Source of the DNA: Thermoplasmata archaeon
Lineage (GTDB): Archaea; Thermoplasmatota; Thermoplasmata; Halarchaeoplasmatales; Halarchaeoplasmataceae
NCBI GenBank assembly: GCA_046538435.1
Contig: JBKHIX010000003.1
Span: 1-40,762, forward strand
Length of the DNA: 40,762 bases
Direction: 5' to 3'
Shown here: positions 27,167 through 37,232 of the stretch, one piece after another
Numbering within the stretch: the stretch's first letter is position 1
Layout: the number at the start of each line of letters is the position of its first letter
The notes under the pieces: model-generated
Seen by the model: the letters and a program-made list of their open reading frames with translations, nothing else
What the model was told of the DNA's origin: nothing
Databases searched by the model: none
Program-made: the position numbers and the translations under genes

Positions 27167-29371
27167 TTAGTCTGAATAATGTGATTCATTGAACGGTTCA
27201 GGATTCATTCCTTTACGTTCTCTGATCTCTAGGACTATTTCTGACTGTAAGTTTTGTGGGACCTTTTCGAATCCAGCGTGTTCAGTGGACCAAAGAGCTT
27301 TACCGCCTGTAGCACTTCTTATATCCCCTGAGAAACCGAACATTTCGGATACAGGGCACTTTGCAGTTATCTCTGAATTGTTTCCTTCTTGGTCCATGTT
27401 CAGGATTTCTCCTCTTCTCTGCTGTATCTCGACACTTACGTTCCCCATCAATGTTGATGGTATATCTATGAAAACTTTCTGTTTTGGTTCTAGAAGTGTT
27501 CTACCTGCCCGGCACATTGCACCGTATATAGCATTCTTAACAGCAGGTATAACTTGTGCAGGCCCTCGATGGATAGTATCCTCGTGTAATTTTGCATTCA
27601 CTAGTTTAACTTTCAATCCTTTTAATGGTTCAGCGGCTAATGGGCCCTCTTCGATAACTTCTTTGAAACCATCTTCTATGAGTTCCATAGTCTCGTGGAG
27701 ATATTGAATACCCTTTGTCATATCTAATAGGACGTTTGCTCCGAGGAATTCTTCGAAATTCTTGGATTCATCCTTATCCATTCCCAATTCCTGTAATTTC
27801 TTAGTCAATTCGTTTTTATTGTCTATCTTTCCACTAACATGTATTTCTCCTTCATCGATAGCTTTCACTACATCCTCTTCTAAAGGTTCAACATCAAAGA
27901 AGAATCTGTTATGTCTGTTAGGTGAGATTCCCATAAATGTACCACCTTCACCATCTACGGTCTCTCTGTAAACAACGATCGGTTCTGATGAAGTTATAGG
28001 TACGCCATGTTCTTCTTGAATCCTATGTTCAGTAACTTCAAGATGAAGCTCACCCATTCCAGAGATAAGATGTTCTCCAGTTTCTTGGTCTATCTTAATA
28101 TTAATACTAGGGTCGGCTTTTGCGATTGATCTTAGGACTTCAACTAGTTTTGGTAAATCAGCTGTATTCTTCGCCTCAACAGCTTTGGTGACTACAGCTT
28201 CTGAGAAATGTTTCATCTCTTCGAATGGTGTAGCGCCTTTTACCGAAGTAACAGTTGAACCAGCGATAGCATCTCTCAGTCCACCAACTGCTACAACATT
28301 ACCTGCCTTTATCTCTTCTACTGGTATTCTATCTGCACCCACACTCAAAGAGACCTGCTGTACACGATTCATTCTAGGTTGATTATCCACGTGTAGCTCC
28401 ATACCATCTTTAACTTTACCACTGAACAATCTACCTACAGATATCTCGCCAGCGTGCGGATCCATTATTATTTTAGTAACCATCAAAGACGTAGGACCGT
28501 CAGGTGAACATTTGACCATAGCCTGTCCTAGTTCTGAATTTTCATCTCCTCTCCATATATGAGGAATCCTATATTCCTGAGCTTCTATAGGATTGGGCAT
28601 GTGTCTAATAACCTGGTTTAACAAGACCTCATGAAGTGGAGCTTTTTTGATCAATTCTCTTTCTTTTTCTCTACCCGCTTCGATATGCTCATAGATATCT
28701 TTGAATGAAATATCATTTCTCTGCATGTAAGGTACAGAAATAGCCCAATTGTTCAGAGCTGAACCGAAGGCAACAGAACCGTCTTCTACATTGAGACCCC
28801 ATTCATCTGCGAATTCTTCAGGAACGTTGTTCTTAATTAGATTATCAACGTTTCTGATTATTTTGTGGAATCTCTGCTGCATCTCTTCAGGTGATACATT
28901 TAATTCTTTAATCAAACGATCAACTTTATTTATGAACAAAATAGGTTTGACCTTTTCTTTCAATGCCTGACGTATTACGGTTTCAGTCTGAGGCATAACA
29001 CCTTCAACTGCACAAACAACAATAATTACACCATCAACAGCTCTCATGGCTCTTGTAACATCGCCACCAAAATCAACGTGGCCAGGTGTGTCAACAAGAT
29101 TAATCAAGTATTCTTGTTCATCATACACATGGACCATCGATACATTTGCAGAATTGATCGTAATACCTCTTTCTTGTTCCTGTTCATCAAAATCGAGCAT
29201 CAATTGTTTACCAGCCAACTCTTCAGACATCATACCAGCGCCGGCGATCAGGTTATCACTAAGTGTGGTTTTACCGTGATCTATATGTGCGGCTGTACCT
29301 ATATTTCTGATCTGAAGAGGTTTATCCATAAGTTTCTGTGCTTTTTGTATATTTTTCTCTTTTCTTCCCAT
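27167..29371 (-). CDS. fusA: Elongation factor aEF-2
   Basis: AHIDHGKTT, RGITI, DTPGH, NKVD, diphthamide site LHEDTIHRGPAQ. Confidence 0.99.
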   Translation of the reverse strand: MGRKEKNIQKAQKLMDKPLQIRNIGTAAHIDHGKTTLSDNLIAGAGMMSEELAGKQLMLDFDEQEQERGITINSANVSMVHVYDEQEYLINLVDTPGHVDFGGDVTRAMRAVDGVIIVVCAVEGVMPQTETVIRQALKEKVKPILFINKVDRLIKELNVSPEEMQQRFHKIIRNVDNLIKNNVPEEFADEWGLNVEDGSVAFGSALNNWAISVPYMQRNDISFKDIYEHIEAGREKERELIKKAPLHEVLLNQVIRHMPNPIEAQEYRIPHIWRGDENSELGQAMVKCSPDGPTSLMVTKIIMDPHAGEISVGRLFSGKVKDGMELHVDNQPRMNRVQQVSLSVGADRIPVEEIKAGNVVAVGGLRDAIAGSTVTSVKGATPFEEMKHFSEAVVTKAVEAKNTADLPKLVEVLRSIAKADPSINIKIDQETGEHLISGMGELHLEVTEHRIQEEHGVPITSSEPIVVYRETVDGEGGTFMGISPNRHNRFFFDVEPLEEDVVKAIDEGEIHVSGKIDNKNELTKKLQELGMDKDESKNFEEFLGANVLLDMTKGIQYLHETMELIEDGFKEVIEEGPLAAEPLKGLKVKLVNAKLHEDTIHRGPAQVIPAVKNAIYGAMCRAGRTLLEPKQKVFIDIPSTLMGNVSVEIQQRRGEILNMDQEGNNSEITAKCPVSEMFGFSGDIRSATGGKALWSTEHAGFEKVPQNLQSEIVLEIRERKGMNPEPFNESHYSD

Positions 29372-29390
29372 TAAAAATCACCAAAAAAAT

Positions 29391-30029
29391 CTATCTTGCG
29401 GATTGTGCCATTCTTTCAATCTCTTCTTTTTTAGATAAGGCGAAACTATTTTTATCATTTTTAGATGCTTTCATCAATTCATCAGCTAAACAGGCAGCTA
29501 TATCGTTATTATTTTTATATGAAGCTTTGACTGCACCTTTAGTTATATTTTGTAATGAATGTGAAACCCTTCTTGCTGGTGATACATCTACAGCTTTAGG
29601 TACTGAGATACCACCGTATGTAATCCTTGTTGTTTCTTCTCTAGGAGAAGTATTTTCTATAGCTCTTACAAGCACTTCGACAGGATTTTGCTCTGTTTTT
29701 TCGTTTATAATACCCATCGCATCTCTAACTGTGTTGTATGCTTTCGTTTTTTTACCAGTATATTCTTCAGTTTTCATCATATTGTTGATGAGTCTTTCGA
29801 TTATACTGACTTCTTCTTTACCAAATCGTTTATTCGCATGTGATCCTCCACTGTGTGGGAGTAATATAGGAAGCAGATTGATATATTTCTTCAAACCTTT
29901 ATCTTTGACTTCAACTTCCTTCATATCGTACTTATCAAAAAGTAAAGGCATATCTAGCGATTCGTAAAGTTCCTGTTTTTTGATTTGATCTTCTGTCATC
30001 TCTTCTTTTTCTTCTTTATTATCAGCCAT
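29391..30029 (-). CDS. rps7: 30S ribosomal protein S7
   Basis: PHSGG, IIERLIN, PREETTRITYGG, AVDVSPARR, ERMAQSAR. Confidence 0.98.
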   Translation of the reverse strand: MADNKEEKEEMTEDQIKKQELYESLDMPLLFDKYDMKEVEVKDKGLKKYINLLPILLPHSGGSHANKRFGKEEVSIIERLINNMMKTEEYTGKKTKAYNTVRDAMGIINEKTEQNPVEVLVRAIENTSPREETTRITYGGISVPKAVDVSPARRVSHSLQNITKGAVKASYKNNNDIAACLADELMKASKNDKNSFALSKKEEIERMAQSAR

Positions 30030-30047
30030 AAAATTACCTCCATGGTT

Positions 30048-30476
30048 CTATCTTAAAGGTTTCTCTTTATTACCTGCAATAAGTTCTGATAAAGCAACTC
30101 TGTTAATTTTAACTACTTTATATCTAACACCAGGTATGTCTCCATAAGCTTTACCTTTCATACCTCCGATCCCTTCTATCAATACTTCGTCGTGCTCATC
30201 TATATAACTGATAGCTCCCTCTCCTGGTGCGAAAGCTGTCACTTGTCTACCGTTTTTGATAAGCTGAACTTTCACACATTTTCTTATAGCAGAGTTCGGC
30301 TGCTTAGCTTCTATTCCTACTTTTTCTAGAACGATACCTTTTCCCTGTGGAGCTCCCTCTAGAGGGTCCGCTTTCTTCTTTAGACCCAACTTTCTCCTTT
30401 TGTATTCCATGTCACTCCAACGAAACTTCTGACGATTCTTTTTAAGTTTTCTAGCTGTATTAAGTCCATTTGCCAA
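30048..30476 (-). CDS. rps12: 30S ribosomal protein S12
   Basis: [33 protein letters not shown]; likely TTG start at 30476. Confidence 0.98.
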   Translation of the reverse strand: MANGLNTARKLKKNRQKFRWSDMEYKRRKLGLKKKADPLEGAPQGKGIVLEKVGIEAKQPNSAIRKCVKVQLIKNGRQVTAFAPGEGAISYIDEHDEVLIEGIGGMKGKAYGDIPGVRYKVVKINRVALSELIAGNKEKPLR

Positions 30477-30565
30477 TTTAAACAACTCCGTTAATACTTT
30501 TTAATTTTGATGAAGTAGGGTGGGCTATAAAGCTTTTGGTATATAAATTAATGGGGTGAGACGAA

Positions 30566-31120
30566 TTAAATCAAAATCGGGTGCCTGTATTTCATTCCTT
30601 CTTCATCCTCATCCAATTGATTCATTAAAACAGAAACGAGTCCATCCAAGAATACAGCTGCAGAATCTTCGAATATAGTTCCAAGAGGGGCAAGATATGC
30701 ATCTTTTTCATTCTCGGGAACATTCAATGTTATGATAACATCAGCAAAGTTTGCTAATGTTGATTTAGGACTAGCAGTTAACACAATAATATCAGCATCA
30801 ACCCTTTCATAAACTATCCCTGCAGCTTGTATTGCTGTTTGTGTTTCACCTGTTTTAGAAACAAAGAAAACACAGTCATTATCCTTAACAGCAGGAGTTA
30901 TAGTTTCTCCAATGAAAAATGAGTTAAGTCCCAACTGCATCAATCTCATGGCAAAGGTTCTTCCTGCAAGACCTGATCTTCCAGAGCCATAAACGAATAT
31001 GTTGTTGGATTCGATAATCAGATCAACAGCTTTTGTAACATTATCAAATTCTAAATTTGAAACAGATTCTTCTATCGAATCCCTGATATGGTTTATAGAT
31101 TCTTCAAGCCTGTTTATCAT
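30566..31120 (-). CDS. SIS-domain sugar-phosphate isomerase, 6-phospho-3-hexuloisomerase-like
   Basis: GSGRSGL, FAMRLMQLG, GETITP, APLGTIFE, C-terminal RH. Confidence 0.85.
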   Translation of the reverse strand: MINRLEESINHIRDSIEESVSNLEFDNVTKAVDLIIESNNIFVYGSGRSGLAGRTFAMRLMQLGLNSFFIGETITPAVKDNDCVFFVSKTGETQTAIQAAGIVYERVDADIIVLTASPKSTLANFADVIITLNVPENEKDAYLAPLGTIFEDSAAVFLDGLVSVLMNQLDEDEEGMKYRHPILI

Positions 31121-32160
31121 GCTTTAGCCTCGCTACCTTTGTTCCTCAATCTTTTTCCTATTTCTCTTGTATAGATTCTTTCGAAAATGACCTTCATATA
31201 CATTGCATCATGTTCTTTAAGTGGTGATGTGGATATGATGTTGATATTTTCATCACTCTTTATCAGATAATCAACTAAATCTTCAAACTGAAGATCCCCT
31301 CGTTTTATCGGAGTCAATCTACATTTATCCTGCCCTCTTTTTTCAACTCCTGAGAAATTAATATAATGATAATCAGATATAAATTTCCTACTCATATCAA
31401 AAATTTCTGTAAAATCTTCCTCTGTATCCAATTCGTATTTGCCTTCTGCTTTAATGTGTGCAAAATTTAAGACTGGTTTCGTTCCAGATACTTGTCTGCA
31501 GACTTCGAGAACTTCATCTAAGTTTCCAAAAACATCTTCTCCTGTTTGAGTTTCTACTCCAATCTTGATCTCATTTTTGCAATTTTCATAGATCCAGTCT
31601 CTGAGTTCCCTAAGATTAGATACAGCAGAATCAATTACATCTTCATGTTTCATATCCTCTTCGATCAAGCCAAGGTGAGTAATTACTTCATTAGCTTCTA
31701 AAGCATCTGCCATAACAGCGCCATAATAAAAACTTCTTTTGGATTTATCAACCAATTCTCCCTCATCAGCTGTTAACTTCATATAGTATGGTGTATGAAG
31801 GGACATCTTAACATCTAATTCCTTACTTAAATTTGCCAAATAAGGATATCTGTAAAATTCTTCTGCAACCCCACCTCTTATAGAGTGTATCATATCGCCG
31901 GCTTGAAGTGTCTTATCAAGGTCCTCAACATGCACTTTTTCGTAATCCCTTCCTTGGTTAACTCCAATAACAAATTTATCGGGGACCTCCTTTGCTTTTA
32001 AATCGATTTGTTCATCTTCAACAGGTCTAGTTCTTACTTTTGTCCTCAAAAATTGAACTTCTAGTGCGTTCAATCCTAGTTTATGGACATCCTTTATCCC
32101 ATCTTCGAGAGTTCGTCCTTTACATGATAGGGGGATACCGCTAGGTCCAAAACGTATCAT
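31117..32160 (-). CDS. Endonuclease IV-like TIM-barrel protein (degenerate metal site)
   Basis: IRFGPSGIP, GLNALEVQF, SLHTPYY, FGNLDE, NFAH, NFSG, ISTSP..EHDA. Confidence 0.82.
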   Translation of the reverse strand: MIRFGPSGIPLSCKGRTLEDGIKDVHKLGLNALEVQFLRTKVRTRPVEDEQIDLKAKEVPDKFVIGVNQGRDYEKVHVEDLDKTLQAGDMIHSIRGGVAEEFYRYPYLANLSKELDVKMSLHTPYYMKLTADEGELVDKSKRSFYYGAVMADALEANEVITHLGLIEEDMKHEDVIDSAVSNLRELRDWIYENCKNEIKIGVETQTGEDVFGNLDEVLEVCRQVSGTKPVLNFAHIKAEGKYELDTEEDFTEIFDMSRKFISDYHYINFSGVEKRGQDKCRLTPIKRGDLQFEDLVDYLIKSDENINIISTSPLKEHDAMYMKVIFERIYTREIGKRLRNKGSEAKA

Positions 32161-32300
32161 ACCTTATTTTCCTCCCGATTATAATATCTCATGACGTGTG
32201 TGATTGAAGGATACAATATTTAAATTTAATGCACTTATCAGAGGAAAAAAAACAAATACTACTGCATTTTAAATTTATAAAGACATGATAAAAATAATTA

Positions 32301-32321
32301 TTGGTTTTTTCAAAAAACCAA
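32301..32321. repeat. Perfect 10-bp palindrome in a divergent intergenic region
   Basis: TTGGTTTTTT-c-AAAAAACCAA. Confidence 0.45.
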
Positions 32322-32425
32322 AATAAGTTTTAAAATATGACTTCTAAAATATTTTTCAAACTAAGATTTATATAGTTAAAAAATGGTATGGACAAATAGT
32401 AGATATATATCATCTGGTGATATAA

Positions 32426-35347
32426 ATGAGATGGAAAAATATTATTTCGATCCTGTTGATCGTATTATTAATCACTAGTTTAGTTCCCCTGGCTTCTCTT
32501 AGCTCGAGAGCACAAGGTCCATATGATGGAGGCGTGAGTGCGAAGGATAGTGAGGGTAATGAAAAATATTATTTTAGGAGGGGTGATGAGTTATATTTTG
32601 AAGTTGAAATCATGGACAATGGCTCTAAAGAAAGAGAGTCAGTTACTATAACTATTGAAAAAATAAATAATAGATCCATAATAGATGAAATTACTATAAT
32701 GACAGGAGCAAATGGAACTTATCAAAGTTGGGAAGAAGATGAATATTTTGGTCTTTCAGACTATGATTTAGGAACATATGTACTTAATATATCGGAACCG
32801 ACACCTGGAGATTATGAAACCTCGACTTTTGAAATTTATGAACCTAATTACAAAAGAGGTTCTAAAATATATACAACAAATAAGGAATTTACAGAAGAGG
32901 ACTATTATTTTCAAAAAACAGGTTCAGGTAATGCAATAATTTATTACAAAATCGAGCTTCTAGATCAGCATGGCAAACCCATGCCTAAACCACCAACACC
33001 ATCTGTGAAAGTGAGGTTAAGAAATGATGATATAATAGAAACCTATGAACTAGAAGTAAATCCTGATGGTATAAAAGAAGACCTATTTACATTGAAACAA
33101 CCAGAGATAGGTGATTACAGACTATTGTTGTTCAATGATGATAAGAGCATAGAATTTGCAAGAAGTGACACGTTCACTATCACTGATATAAGAATTGATT
33201 CGCCAAAGAGACCTAAAGATTTGATTTATACACAGGGGGAAAATATAACAATAGATATAAAGGGAGAATATCCTGAAAGAATCGATGTTTCAATAGTTAA
33301 TGAAACAGGTGAAACTATAGTTGCTTCGTGGAAAGGGATTCGATTTACGGACGGTTCTTGGTCAACGGAATACGAGATCCCAGAAGATATTTCGGATGGT
33401 ATGTATCGTATAGAAGTCAGTCATCACGATACGAAAGAAAACATCATAGGTGTAGACTCAGAGAATAACGTTTTTGAGGTCAAAAAATTCGATCTTGATA
33501 TATCTACAGATAAAAAAGCCTATATTCCAGGTGAAGAAGTTAACGTGTTTTATACAGCCACTAATATTTTGGATGGGAGTGAAGTAGAAGATATTAATGT
33601 CGAATGGAAAGCAGAATTTGAAATAGAAGGAGATAATCAGACAGTTGAAAGTGGATCTACAGATAAAGGTAAATTTTCTTTTTCTGTACCTAAAAACGTG
33701 AATGATAATTCATTCAATATAGATGTTTGGGCTAATGATACCCAAGGAAATACCAATCATTATAATGACGAATTCTCTATAGGTACTTTAAGATCATCAT
33801 TGCAATTAGATGAGGATGAATATCTTCAGGGAGAAACTATTTTCATTGAAATAAGTTCTCACGTTGATTATTCAAGTATTTGGCAGGAACAATCTCCGGT
33901 CAGTGGTGCTGAAGTTAAAATTAATTTATTTGATCCTTCTGGAATTAAATTGGATAAATATACAGCTAATGATGTAACGGGAGATGATGGAAAAGTTACA
34001 TTACCTCTAAACCTTGATAAAAACATCGAACTTGGAACGTACTCTATCGAAGTAAACACTACCAAAAATAATCTATATGAAACTCACTCAGCTGAATTTG
34101 ACATAATCGATCCAGAAAATAGATTAACTATCTATGTTGAATCGATTGACAAGACGAATCCATTTTATCCCGGAGATAATGTGAGTATAGATTATGTAGT
34201 TAAAAGGAATTTTAATATAATCGATGATGCTAATGTGAAATATAAGGTATATTCTGAGGATAAGGTCTACTTTTACTCTTTTGTTAAAGGAGGTAATATC
34301 AAATTTAAGATACCCCAAAATTACAACCCATCAGATGAGTTGAGACTAGATATTTCAGCTCAGTTAAGCGAAGAGTGTAAAACATCCAAAACGGTAGAGA
34401 TACCTGTAGAGGCAGGTTATATTTTATTGAATACAAATCAAGAGTATTTTCAGAATGGAGACAATATCGAGTTCTCGCTTGATTATGGTGGTATGAGTGG
34501 TGTTCAAAATATAAATTATAAGATTATCGAAAAAGAATCTAGCTCTCAGATGGATGATAAAAACGTGATAAATTATGGAACCTTAAATGAAAGCGAATTT
34601 AATTTTATAATACCTGAAAAACCTTCAGATGTGTATAAAGTGAAGGTAGAACTCATGACTTCATCTGGATATAAACTCACAGATTCAGTTGAGATAGAAA
34701 GATGGAAAGGATACGATCTCAGTTTAGAATTGATCACTGAATCGGATTATACCAACGGGGTATTTGAGCCAGGACAAGAAATCAAATTTAAATATAGATT
34801 GATACCTAGAGGTGAATCACCTCTACCAAGGAGGATTACGATAAACTATGGATTTTTTTACTCTGGAGTCCAAAAACAATTAGAGACTACAGAAAAAGAA
34901 GGTACTTTAAATTTAAAGATTCCTGAAGATGGAGATGGGCATTATATACTCTCAGCATCTTCAAGTTTTGAAGGAGATTATGATACATACGGTCATGAAA
35001 CTGAAATATTACAAGTAGAGGAGAATCCATCTTGGACAAACAAAAAAGCTGTTTTTGACATTTCGATGTTGAATCTAGTAATACTCATCATTGCTGTATT
35101 GGCATTGATACTTGCAATAGCTGGAACCTTGAGGGGTAAAGGTATCAAAATACCTGAAATGAAAAAAAAGGGCAAAAAAAGCTTACTCAAGAAAAAGAAA
35201 TCAGAAGAAGAGAGCGAGGAAGAAGAGAAAAGTGCTGCAGAGAAGGCTCATGAATGGAGTGGTCCTACACACGAACCTGAAGAAACTACAGGACCAGAAG
35301 GGGAAGAAGAATCGCAGATAGAGCCTGATGAACCCAGATGGGGATAA
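32426..35347 (+). CDS. Large cell-surface protein with tandem macroglobulin(MG)-like Ig domains and a C-terminal TM anchor
   Basis: Signal peptide; repeated (T)DK..Y.PG(E/D).(V/I)-like motifs; TM ISMLNLVILIIAVLALILAIAG followed by a K-rich then E-rich tail. Confidence 0.75.
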   Translation: MRWKNIISILLIVLLITSLVPLASLSSRAQGPYDGGVSAKDSEGNEKYYFRRGDELYFEVEIMDNGSKERESVTITIEKINNRSIIDEITIMTGANGTYQSWEEDEYFGLSDYDLGTYVLNISEPTPGDYETSTFEIYEPNYKRGSKIYTTNKEFTEEDYYFQKTGSGNAIIYYKIELLDQHGKPMPKPPTPSVKVRLRNDDIIETYELEVNPDGIKEDLFTLKQPEIGDYRLLLFNDDKSIEFARSDTFTITDIRIDSPKRPKDLIYTQGENITIDIKGEYPERIDVSIVNETGETIVASWKGIRFTDGSWSTEYEIPEDISDGMYRIEVSHHDTKENIIGVDSENNVFEVKKFDLDISTDKKAYIPGEEVNVFYTATNILDGSEVEDINVEWKAEFEIEGDNQTVESGSTDKGKFSFSVPKNVNDNSFNIDVWANDTQGNTNHYNDEFSIGTLRSSLQLDEDEYLQGETIFIEISSHVDYSSIWQEQSPVSGAEVKINLFDPSGIKLDKYTANDVTGDDGKVTLPLNLDKNIELGTYSIEVNTTKNNLYETHSAEFDIIDPENRLTIYVESIDKTNPFYPGDNVSIDYVVKRNFNIIDDANVKYKVYSEDKVYFYSFVKGGNIKFKIPQNYNPSDELRLDISAQLSEECKTSKTVEIPVEAGYILLNTNQEYFQNGDNIEFSLDYGGMSGVQNINYKIIEKESSSQMDDKNVINYGTLNESEFNFIIPEKPSDVYKVKVELMTSSGYKLTDSVEIERWKGYDLSLELITESDYTNGVFEPGQEIKFKYRLIPRGESPLPRRITINYGFFYSGVQKQLETTEKEGTLNLKIPEDGDGHYILSASSSFEGDYDTYGHETEILQVEENPSWTNKKAVFDISMLNLVILIIAVLALILAIAGTLRGKGIKIPEMKKKGKKSLLKKKKSEEESEEEEKSAAEKAHEWSGPTHEPEETTGPEGEEESQIEPDEPRWG

Positions 35348-35352
35348 ATCCT

Positions 35353-35892
35353 TTATTCATTCCATCTTTCAATTATATCTTTTGAGTTAGTGATTTCAGC
35401 CCCATATATATTTTTTATATAATCCAAAGCTGATTCATGTTTATCTTTAGACATTGAGGCTGTACAGTCTTTCAAAACGATCACATCATACCCCCTCAAA
35501 AAAGCTGCTCCAGCTGTATGCTGAACACATATATCTGTACTTACGCCAGCAATTATGATCCTTTCTATATTATTTTCCTTGAGAATTCGATCAAGTTTAG
35601 TTCTAAAAAACGGATTATAAGTGTTTTTTTTGACTAAGATATCTTCCAAATCTTTAATTTCATCCACTGTTTCTGATCCTTTTTCCCCTTCCATAGCATG
35701 TTCTCCCCAGACATCCATCTCAGGATCTTTTTCTGAATGATTATCCTGGGCATAAATAACAATTTTATCAGATTTTTTAGCGCTTTTTAACAAATTTTTC
35801 AAATTAGGAATTATTTTTTTCGCCCCTTCACTACCAAATTTACCATAAACGAAGTCATTTATCATATCGACTACAAGCACCGCTTCCTTCAT
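35353..35892 (-). CDS. Isochorismatase-family cysteine hydrolase (nicotinamidase-like)
   Basis: LVVDMINDF, D.H...D, WGEHA, K, AGVSTDICV. Confidence 0.92.
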   Translation of the reverse strand: MKEAVLVVDMINDFVYGKFGSEGAKKIIPNLKNLLKSAKKSDKIVIYAQDNHSEKDPEMDVWGEHAMEGEKGSETVDEIKDLEDILVKKNTYNPFFRTKLDRILKENNIERIIIAGVSTDICVQHTAGAAFLRGYDVIVLKDCTASMSKDKHESALDYIKNIYGAEITNSKDIIERWNE

Positions 35893-35920
35893 TGTTCAAC
35901 ACCTATTATTACAATTATCA

Positions 35921-35964
35921 TTAGGATTATACAAAATTATTGCAGGTATATTGTATAACCCTAA
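35921..35964. promoter_or_regulatory. 14-bp inverted repeat (13/14 match, 16-nt spacer) between divergent genes
   Basis: TTAGGATTATACAA-N16-TTGTATAACCCTAA, immediately before TTTTAAGT upstream of the MFS gene. Confidence 0.45.
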
Positions 35965-35994
35965 CTTTTAAGTAGAAGTGTAGATACCGAACTG

Positions 35995-37179
35995 ATGGAC
36001 TCGAGAAGGAAGAAGTATGTTGCACTCACTTTCATATCGCTGGCCTGGCTCATTATCTTTATAGGTCGAGTCACAGCACCTACTTTACTTAAAGATATAA
36101 TTTCAGATCTTAATATCACCAGTTATCAAGCTGGATGGGCTATGACTGCTTTATGGTTGTTCTATGGAATAATGCAGTTTCCTGGGGGTGCTCTTTCTGA
36201 TTCCAAGGGAAGAAAAAATGTCATCATACTTTCTTTGATTTTATTTGGAGTATCAGTTTTTTTGGTTAGTATTGCCTTTAATTATATCGTATTGATAATC
36301 ACATTTTCTCTACTCGGATTTGGGGCTGGATTTTTACCTTCACCAAGTTTGACTATGATCTCAGAGATATTTGGTCCTGAGAAAGGAAAGGCATTGGGTA
36401 TAAGGTCTGCTGTAACTGGTCTATCTGGTCTTGTACCATTCGCTCTGCCTTTCATAACTCTCCTTATAGGGTGGAGAGAAGTTTTTGTTATATGGGGTAT
36501 TATTGCTTTTTTAATCGCATTTCTATTTTATAACTTCGTCGAAGAAAGTTTGAAAGAGAGAGAAAGTAGAGATCACCTAAATAACCTAGTCATGGGATTG
36601 AAAGGATTATTGGAGCCCAATATATCTTTGATGTTCGTTATAAATCTTATAGTTTCCTTTACATGGATAGGAACGATGTCTTGGTTCCCAACATATATAC
36701 AAGAGGCAAAAGGGTTCAGTAAATTCTGGTCATCATCGCTATATGCATTGATATTGACCGGTGGATTGGTTATAAAGCCAGTATTAGGTCATATTTCTGA
36801 TAAAGTGAATAAATTATTCATAATGCTGGTGATATTGATTAATGCTGCTGTAGCAGTTTATCTTCTTACTATTACCAATTCGATAATCCCTTTGATAATC
36901 GTATCTCTTTTGATAGCTCAAACAAGTGCTTTCTACCCTATCAGGACATCTTATGTAATGGATATATGGCATTCAAAAGAAGCAGGTACAAAATATGGCG
37001 TTTTTAGAACTTTGATTATCATATTAGCTAGCCCAATTTCTGCAGTGATAGGATGGACAAAAGAAGCCTATAGTTTTGATTCGGCTATACTTTTGATTGG
37101 AGTTGGATTAGTGTTAGGGGCAGTGCTTATCTCTATAAAAATAATATCGAACAGATGCAGTTTTCGAGAGCAGTGCTGA
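35995..37179 (+). CDS. MFS transporter
   Basis: ~12 TMs; GALSDSKGRK and GHISDKVNK motif A. Confidence 0.93.
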   Translation: MDSRRKKYVALTFISLAWLIIFIGRVTAPTLLKDIISDLNITSYQAGWAMTALWLFYGIMQFPGGALSDSKGRKNVIILSLILFGVSVFLVSIAFNYIVLIITFSLLGFGAGFLPSPSLTMISEIFGPEKGKALGIRSAVTGLSGLVPFALPFITLLIGWREVFVIWGIIAFLIAFLFYNFVEESLKERESRDHLNNLVMGLKGLLEPNISLMFVINLIVSFTWIGTMSWFPTYIQEAKGFSKFWSSSLYALILTGGLVIKPVLGHISDKVNKLFIMLVILINAAVAVYLLTITNSIIPLIIVSLLIAQTSAFYPIRTSYVMDIWHSKEAGTKYGVFRTLIIILASPISAVIGWTKEAYSFDSAILLIGVGLVLGAVLISIKIISNRCSFREQC

Positions 37180-37232
37180 GATATTAAAATATTGATTTTC
37201 ATACATGATAATCAAAACGTAATATGTTTTAA

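Noticed and set aside
27189-29967. Multiple + strand ORFs (up to 209 aa) opposite fusA/rps7, and similar ones opposite MMPL, dnaK and proS
   Set aside because: Antisense shadows of strongly conserved genes, with S/F/I-rich composition and no recognisable motifs.
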